A stretch of DNA of 64,000 nt from the human T2T-CHM13v2.0 reference genome, Homo sapiens. The stretch lies in NCBI RefSeq assembly GCF_009914755.1, contig NC_060926.1. One strand, 5' to 3'. Both the position numbers and the translations under genes were made by a program. Shown one piece after another: positions 56,001-64,000 of the stretch (position 1 is the first letter of the stretch; every line of letters begins with the position of its first letter). The notes beneath the pieces are model-generated. The model had not been told where the DNA came from. It made no database searches and saw nothing but the letters and a program-made list of their open reading frames with translations.

Positions 56001-57320
56001 TCTGATGAAAAGTGGTCAAAACTAAGGGTGAAATGTTTTTCAGAATAAATGACATAAGATTTTATGGGAAAATTCTGGTGACTTAGAAATATTATCTGCA
56101 TTACAAACAGAGGAGAAGGATCACATCATCTATTCTGATAAAAAGAAGGTTCACCTGCGAACATTTAAATAATTCAAATTTTATGGACAGTTCTAGGTTT
56201 CTGGAATGTGGGAAGACCCCTTTATTCTTTCAAATTGTCCAATTAACACCAAAGTCTTCCATAATCATCATAATCATCATCATCATTAATGTTATTGACT
56301 GCTTACCACATAACTAGGCACAGTGCATTTGATATATACTATTTATTTCTCATCATCAGCCACCTTCTGTAGCTCTCTGAATATACCTATATGAGGCAGT
56401 ATAACAGAACTGAAAAGTATATATGAGCAGAGCATTCAAATTCTACCCCTTTTACTTGCCTAAAATCTTGGGTCCTCAGTTTTCTCACCTGTAAGATGCA
56501 GGTAATAATAGCCCCTATCTCATTGATGTGAAGAATTAGTAAAAATAAAAAAAGACTTGGAAAATTCCCATTAGCTGTTATGGGTTACAGGAACATGGAA
56601 GCTGAGGCCATTTACATGACTTGCCCAAAGTAATGTTGGTAAGACATGGAAGCGTAGGAATTTAAACCCTAGGCAGTCCAACTCCAGAGAGTTCTCTTAA
56701 CCACTCTACTACCTGGCATATAAGGTGAAATGAAATTCCTTTGAGTCAACAATTGTTTAATGAGTATACTAGACTCTAACCTCCTCGAGATCAAGGATGA
56801 TGTCTTATATTTTTACCATGAAAACCTGTGATAAAGTCATGCATAAGAGGGACGATAAATTGCCAAACTGAGATTTATTATGTGTTGGGCATTGAGTTAG
56901 ACAGTATGAACTACAGAGAGGATAACAAGATATTAAATATTATCCTGGAAGAGTTTACAATTGTGGACCAGCTGACTTAGGTTGCTCCCATTAGTGTACA
57001 TTGACAGCAATAAAATATGAAATGACCACAGGTTGTTGTGACTTGGCTATCAATAGAATTTAACTAGGAAGGCTATATTTTCTATTGGTGATTTTATTGC
57101 TATTTTTAAAGAGAGAGTTCCTAACTGAAAGAAAGTTTTCAGGGATAGTTCCTTTGAGAAAGAGACATTGACTTATCTTTCTAGTCTTCACCTTTCATAT
57201 CAATAAAATGTTCACTTCTTCTGATTTTTGGTTAATATTGTTAATAGCTTACAACTAAGAATATGAGGAGGAAGGAGACCTTTATTGAAGTGAAATGATT
57301 TTTAAAATATTGATACTATG

Positions 57321-59151
57321 GCTCTCCCTCTCCCTCTCCCTCTCCCTCTCCCTCTCCCTCATCTCCCTCTCCCTCTCCCCACGGTCTCCTTCCACAGTCT
57401 CCCTCTCATGCGGAGCCGAAGCTGGACTGTACTGCTGCGATCTCGGCTCACTGCAACCTCCCTGCCTGATTCTCCTGCCTCAGCCTGCCGAGTGCCTGTG
57501 ATTGCAGGCGCGTGTCGCCACGCCTGACTGGTTTTCGTTTTTTTTTGGTGGAGACGGGGTTTCGCTGTGTTGGCCGGGCTGGTCTCCAGCTCCTAACCGC
57601 GAGTGATCCGCCAGCCTTGGCCTCCCGAGGTGCCGGGATTGCAGACGGAGTCGCGTTCACTCAGTGCTCAATGGTGCCCAGGCTGGAGTGCAGTGGCGTG
57701 ATCTCGGCTCGCTACAACCTCCACCTCCCAGCCGCCTGCCTTGGCCTCCCAAAGTGCCGAGATTGCAGCCTCTGCCCGGCCGCCACCCCGTCTGGGAAGT
57801 GAGGAGCGTCTCTGCCTGGCCGCCCATCGTCTGGGACGTGAGGAGCCCCTCTGCCTGGCTGCCCAGTCTGGAAAGTGAGGAGCGTCTCTGCCCGGCCGCC
57901 ATCCCATCTAGGAAGTGAGGAGCATCTCTGCCCGGCCGCCCATCGTCTGAGAGGTGGGGAGCACCTCTGCCTGGCAACCGCCCCGTCTGGGAAGTGAGGA
58001 GCGTCTCCGCCCGGCAGCCACCCCGTCCGGGAGGGAGGTGGGGGGGTCAGCCCCCCGCCCGGCCAGCCACCCCGTCCGGGAGGTGAGGGGCTCCTCTGCC
58101 CGGCCGCCCCTACTGGGAGGTGAGGACCCCTCTGCCCGGCCAGCCGCCCCGTCCAGGAGGGAGGTGGGGGATCAGCCCCCCTCCTGGCCAGCCGCCCCGT
58201 CCGGGAGGGAGGTGGGGGATCAGCCCCCCGCCTGGCCAGCCGCCCCGTCCGGGAGGTGAGGGGCTCCTCTGCCCGGCCGCCCCTACTGGGAGGTGAGGAC
58301 CCCTCTGCCCGGCCAGCCGCCCCGTCCAGGAGGGAGGTGGGGGATCAGCCCCCCGCCTGGCCAGCCGCCCCGTCCGGGAGGGAGGTGGGGGATCAGCCCC
58401 CCGCCTGGCCAGCCGCCCCGTCCGGGAGGTGAGGGGCTCCTCTGCCCGGCCGCCCCTACTGGGAGGTGAGGACCCCTCTGCCCGGCCAGCCGCCCTGTAC
58501 AGGAGGGAGGTGGGGGATCAGCCCCCCGCCCGGCCAGCCGCCCCGTCCGGGAGGTGAGGGGCGCTTCTGCCCGGCCGCCCCTACTGGGAAGTGAGGAGCC
58601 CCTCTGCCCGGCCACGACCCTGTCTGGGAGGTGTGCCCAGCGGCTCATTGGGGATGGGCCATGATGACAATGGCGGTTTTGTGGAATAGAAAGGCGGGAA
58701 GGGTGGGGAAAAAATTGAGAAATCGGATGGTTGCCGGGTCTGTGTGGATAGAAGTAGACATGGGAGACTTTTCATTTTGTTCTGTACTAAGAAAAATTCT
58801 TCTGCCTTGGGATCCTGTTGATCTGTGACCTTACCCCCAACCCTGTGCTCTCTGAAACATGTGCTGTGTCCACTCAGGGTTAAATGGATTAAGGGCGGTG
58901 CAAGATGTGCTTTGTTAAACAGATGCTTGAAGGCAGCATGCTCGTTAAGAGTCATCACCACTCCCTAATCTTAAGTACCCAGGGACACAAACACTGCGGA
59001 AGGCCGCAGGGTCCTCTGCCTAGGAAAACCAGAGACCTTTGTTCACTTGTTTATCTGCTGACCTTCCCTCCACTATTGTCCTATGACCCTGCCAAATCCC
59101 CTTCTGCGAGAAACACCCAAGAATGATCAATAAAAAAAAAAAAAAAAAAAA
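57321..59151 (+). mobile_element. Full-length SVA retrotransposon (SVA_E-like)
   Basis: (CCCTCT)n 57322-57380, antisense Alu-like region, GC-rich VNTR ~57770-58630, SINE-R, AATAAA 59129, A-tail; perfect 17-bp TSD AAAATATTGATACTATG (57304-57320, 59152-59168) at a TTTT/AAAA L1-EN site. Confidence 0.96.
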
Positions 59152-59264
59152 AAAATATTGATACTATGTTATCAGTGATGTTTATATTTCAAGAATGCCT
59201 GCAAAAGACTCATAATCTTGATTTTTAAAAATTACTAGATCTAACTTTCATTTATTTATTCAAC

Positions 59265-59520
59265 CACATAATAGCTACCATTTTTTTGAAAATCGAATAT
59301 CTGTTGAATTATGCACAAAGTGCTTTCCCTGTGTTGCCTGTGTACCTTTCACAACAACACTGTGGTATGAGTAGAGTTGTTCCCTTTTACTGCTGAGGCT
59401 CCAGCTGATTGACAGACTTTTCTGAGGTCACATGGCAGCCATCAGGAGACAGCACGTGGATGCTCATCTAGAAATGTCAGGTTCCCAAGTCTGGGTTTTC
59501 TTTCATTCCCCATGCTGCCA
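59265..59520 (-). mobile_element. MIR remnant
   Basis: ATAATAGCTACCATTTTTTG...TCACAACAACACTGTGGTA...TCCCTTTTAC..CTGAGGCTC...GAGGTCACATGGC. Confidence 0.65.
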
Positions 59521-60334
59521 GCTAGGACTTAGACACCCCTTAGAGTCAGGGATGCAAACAAGTATGTGGCATGGTAATTTTCTTGGTGCAACTTTAAAAT
59601 AGCCTGGAAGAAGATAGATAAATATAGTCGAATGTTAAATAAACATGGGTGGTAGAATATAATGAAGAATCCGGTGAAATTTAATTTTGAGGAAATCACG
59701 TCACAGGGGCAGCAGAGGCCCTGGGGGCTCCACAGAGGAGTGAGGCTAGACCTCAAGCCCATGTGCGATGTGGACAGGGGAGCAGAGGCAGACCACGGGC
59801 TCCTCAGGAGCAAGGAGGAGGGCTCAGTCTAGCAGTTCCAGAGTGGTAAATGCATTGGCGTGGATCCAGAAAGTGCATGCTGAGAATTAGAGAAAATCTG
59901 AATAATATTGATCGGGGTCACAAATTAGCATCCCAAAGGCTAGGACCCAGAGATGTGATTGTCGTGGCCATACACTATGAACGTACAGCTTTTAACATTT
60001 GAATCTCCTTAAGCTGAATGTTCACTCTCCCCTTTGCCAGGGGCCCCACCAATCTTTTTCTCTTCTTCCCCTGGACAACCCACACATTACCTTACCTGCT
60101 TTGATACTGGGGGCATTTAATTATGTGATATTCCACAAACAATCTTGGCACATTAATATTAGTTGCCTTCAACAGCAACTCATAACAGTATAAAAAGATG
60201 ATTTTGATGTAACTCCCTGAAGTCCTAAGAGTCATAATAATAACAATCTCTTATATTTAATTAATGTTTGTATATACAAAATATTTTTACTTATGTTATT
60301 TCATTTACAGTATACAAATTGGATTTTTCCTTCT

Positions 60335-61335
60335 TGTAAATTATTTGCCTAGGCCAATGTCCAGAAGACTTTTTCCTAGGTTTTCTTCTAGAATTGTTAT
60401 GGTGTCAGGTCTTAGACTTAAGTCTTTAAAGCAGTTTGAGTTGATTTTTGTGTGTGGTGAGAGATAGAGATCAAGTTTCATTCTTCTACATGTGGCTATC
60501 TAGTTTTCCTAGCATCATTTATTGAATGAGGGTATCCTTTTTCCAATTATTTCTATGTATGCTTTGTTGAGGATCAGTTGGTTCAAAGTTTTTGGCTTTA
60601 TTTCTGGGGAGTCTATTTCTGTTCCATTGATTTATGTATCTACTTTCACACCAGTACCATGCTGTTTTGGTTACTATAGCCTTATAGTATAATTTGAAGT
60701 CAGATAATGTGATGCCTCCAGATTTGTTATTTTTACTTAGGTTTGCTTTGACTATTTGGGCTTTTTCTTGGTTCCATATGAATTTTGGGATTGTTTTTTC
60801 TAATTCTATGAAAAAATGACGTTAGTATTTTGATAGGAATTGCATCGAATCTGTAGATTGCTTTGGAAGTAAGGTCATTTCCATGATATTGATTCTTTCA
60901 ATGCATGAGCATGGGATATATTTCCATTTGTTTCAATGCATGAGCATGGGATATATTTCCATTTGTTTGTGTCATCTCTGATTTCTTTCAGCAGTGTTTT
61001 GTAGCTGTCTTTGTAGAGCTTTGTCACCTCCTTTGTTGAGTATATTTCTAGGTTTTATTTGTTTTGCAGCTGCTGTAAAAGGGATTGAGTTCTTGATGAG
61101 ATTCTCAGCTTGGTCACTGTTGATGCATAGCAGTGCTACTCATTTGTGTATATTAATTTTGTAACCTGAGACTTTAAAGAATTTATTTATCAAGCCTAGG
61201 AGTCTTTGGAGGAGTCTGTAGGGTTTTCTAGGTATATGATCATATCGTTGGCAAGCAGATAGTTTGACTTCCTTCTTTCCAATTTGGATCCCCTTTATTT
61301 CTTTCTCTTGCCTGATTGCTCTGCCTAGGGCTTCC
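60335..61335 (-). mobile_element. Internal L1 ORF2 fragment (L1PB/L1MA age), no 3'UTR or tail
   Basis: GCCTAGGCCAATGTCCAGAAG...CCAGTACCATGCTGTTTTGGTTAC...CCTGATTGCTCTG. Confidence 0.85.
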
Positions 61336-62179
61336 GGAAGTTAGCCTTGATTTAAATTTTTCTCTATACTTCATTTTCTGTTCTTCACTAATATAGACCA
61401 ATATATGGCTAAGAACCAGAAAATAAAAAAAAACATATTAAATTGGAGTAGATATATCAATTCTAGTCTTGCACTAAACACTCAATAAATGTTTCTTTAT
61501 CAACTGAATAAATGAATAAATGGATAATGAACAAATAAATAAATGGTTATAAAGATGGTAGGATTTCAGCTAGACTTTTAAGGATTGACCTTTTATCAAG
61601 AAAATGAAAGGTATTCTAGGTCACAATGCCACAGTAAGTGAAGGCACAGCACCAAGAACAAAGAGTCCACAGACGTCTTTAGGAGGAGACTGATGCAAGA
61701 CTTAGGAGATTCATTTAAGGAAACAGAAAATACCTATGAACAGGACATGTTTTTACCTTCTTGGAGGATATGAATCTGTGGCTAAAAGTTAAGGTTAGAT
61801 AACTTTTTTGTAGACAGGAAAATCATTTCAAAATCATAAGACCTCTTATCTTCAAATGAAAATCAGGAGAAGTAGGCAGGCACAGTTGCAATCGAGGGTT
61901 GGGATATGGGAGGGTTTTACTTGGTCTATGTCCATTTCATTTTTTAGGAGAATAATTAATAAATTGTTCTAAACTCTTTAGTGCTGTTATTTGTGAGTGC
62001 TATATAGAGCAATATGGATGGTTAGCTAGATGCTGCTTACATTTCTGCATATTGTGGGCAGAACAAAGCTTTGCCGAGGATTGCTCAGGGAGTCATCCAA
62101 ACACTTAGAACTCTGAAGTCTTACGTTTCCTGCAAGTTGCAGTGTTGAGTTTCACCTAAATCAATGATTTGCCTTCGGA

Positions 62180-62312
62180 GTTTAAAAAAAGTGTCAATAC
62201 TCAGGACCCACCCCAAAATAACTACATCAGAGTATCTGAAGAAGGAGTCTAAGCATTAGTGTTTTTTAAAGCTTTAGTGTGATTCTAATATGCAGCCAAT
62301 TTGAGAACCATT
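62180..62312. mobile_element. MER5A-like hAT-Charlie remnant
   Basis: GGACCCACCCC...ATCAGAGTATCTG...GTGATTCTAATATGCAGCCAATTTGAGAACCATTG. Confidence 0.7.
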
Positions 62313-62427
62313 GGTCTATGTGTTACAGAAACTACTTTTCAAAGGCAATGAGAGGCATCCAGTCAACATGTTATATTTTAGTCAAAATCTACAATGTAAT
62401 TTGTATTTTCTGAGTCTCCTCTTGCTC

Positions 62428-62734
62428 TTTTTTTTTTTTTTTTTTTTTTTTTGAGATAGGGTCTTGCTCTGTTGCCAAGGCTGGAGTGTAGTGGCATAAT
62501 CCAGCTCACTGCAGCCTCAAACTCTCAGGCTCATCTGATCCTCCCACCTCAGCCTCCCAAGTAGCTGGGACCACAGGCATATGCGACTACACCTGGCTAA
62601 TTTTTAGATTTTTTTGTAGAGATGGAATCTCTCTATGTTGCCCAGGCTAGTCTTGAACTCCTGGGATCAAGCAATTTTCCCTCCATGGCCTCCCAAAATG
62701 TTGGGGTTAAAGGTGTGAGCTACAGTGCATGGCC
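62428..62734 (-). mobile_element. AluJ
   Basis: Long T-tract plus antisense dimer with J diagnostics (CACTGCAGCCTCAACT). Confidence 0.92.
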
Positions 62735-63756
62735 ACCTTTTGTTTTTAGTTTAGAAGAGTAATCTGGATCAGGGACTGGTAATACTAAATCAATCTGATG
62801 GCTGGAGAGAGGCAAGTTTCAGGGACAATAGTGCTCATATGACCATAGTAACACTTGCTTAGCCATTTGTTGTTTCCACTGCATTGTAATATTTCTGTTT
62901 TCATTAATGCTCTAAAACATGTTTTTCTATCACAGGGATCCTATGCTTCTATTCACCTGGAATCACACTGATGCACAGACATCTGTGAATAGAAATTAAA
63001 GTTATTTGCTGAGGTATTCATGTTAAAAAATGCATCTGGAACTGTGTAGCTTAAAGCTGCAGACGTGTCAACAACTACGCATGAAATGGAATGTTCCCAC
63101 TGGGATCCACTCTTGATACATGACCATTATCTGTTCTTAACACTTTGCATCTTACTCTGACAATGTGATGCTAGGGTCAGGACTTGCTCAGTTGGACACG
63201 ACAATGGATAATATTTAAGAGAAGAGGCGATCTGTTTCACATTAAGTTTTCAATAGAATTTGCACTTGGAATAAATGGTATCAAGACCAACCCTGTGCCA
63301 TTGTTTACTCAATTTTCCTAGGGCTGGACCATAGAATTACAAAGCAAGCCCTGCACCAAGCCTGCCAGGTTGTATATGGTGACATTGCAGGGGGAATTCT
63401 CAATGAGAAGCACACAGTGGTCTCACTTCCACCACTGAATGCCTCTCCCTTGGGCAATGCACCTAGTCTGCCTGGACTGAACATCTCACTATGTTTATCT
63501 TGTTGAGGAAGATAAATGGGTGTCAACTGGATTGAGGCATGTTAGACTAGGGACCCCTGAGATGAGGACAGCAAGCAGAAATTGTGCCTCACACTGAGAA
63601 GTGCAAAGCGGCAGCAGGGGTTTTTAGTTGATTATGACAGCCATGATGCTTTGTCCTCATTGTAATTATCACAGTAAAGCGTTGCAGTTTCTTTAGTCTT
63701 TTGAGGAAGTGAGGGAGTTGAAACTTTCAATATTCATAATGTTGTAAAATCTCAAG

Positions 63757-63816
63757 TTTCCTATTCATGTATTTTATGTCTAAAATACACAAAACATAAA
63801 ATACATGAATAGGAAA
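63757..63816. repeat. Perfect inverted repeat, 23-bp arms, 14-nt spacer
   Basis: TTTCCTATTCATGTATTTTATGT (63757-63779) / ACATAAAATACATGAATAGGAAA (63794-63816). Confidence 0.97.
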
Positions 63817-64000
63817 ATCCTACTGTTACTTATTAGCTGTTTGGGGCAAACTTGATGGTGCCGAACAATGGAGGAGTCCATTTCAATCTTGGTTAGCAAG
63901 ATTTCCCACAGAAAGGGGAGCAGTAACCCTACAGAGAAAAAGCGAGCCTTGAGGAGAGTGGATGGAAAGTGCTTGGGATAGAGAGACAGAGCTGGGGGCA

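Overview
Human (hominid) non-coding genomic DNA. The SVA element has diagnostic positions matching my recollection of the human-specific SVA_E subfamily. I can support no protein-coding gene, tRNA or rRNA. Every long ORF in the track maps to L1, THE1-int, LTR12, Alu or SVA sequence, or is a short chance ORF. Roughly half the window is transposon-derived: a full-length L1PA7-like element carrying two nested same-strand solo LTRs (LTR12 and HERV-K LTR5A), a near full-length old antisense L1 carrying a cellular-mRNA retrocopy and an Alu, a two-LTR THE1B provirus, a full-length SVA with a perfect 17-bp TSD, about 12 Alus, and MLT1, MER4, MIR, L2 and DNA-transposon remnants. The most notable structures not explained by ordinary repeats are: (1) a ~360-bp local inverted duplication that copies an LTR/flank junction; (2) a 327-bp polyadenylated non-L1 retrocopy hidden inside an L1; (3) a perfect 23-bp-stem hairpin; (4) a perfect 35-bp tandem duplication in an old L1; (5) two dense TF-motif clusters in unique sequence. 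I could not identify the chromosomal locus and found no evidence of a new multi-gene system. Subfamily calls come from remembered consensus sequences, not a database search.
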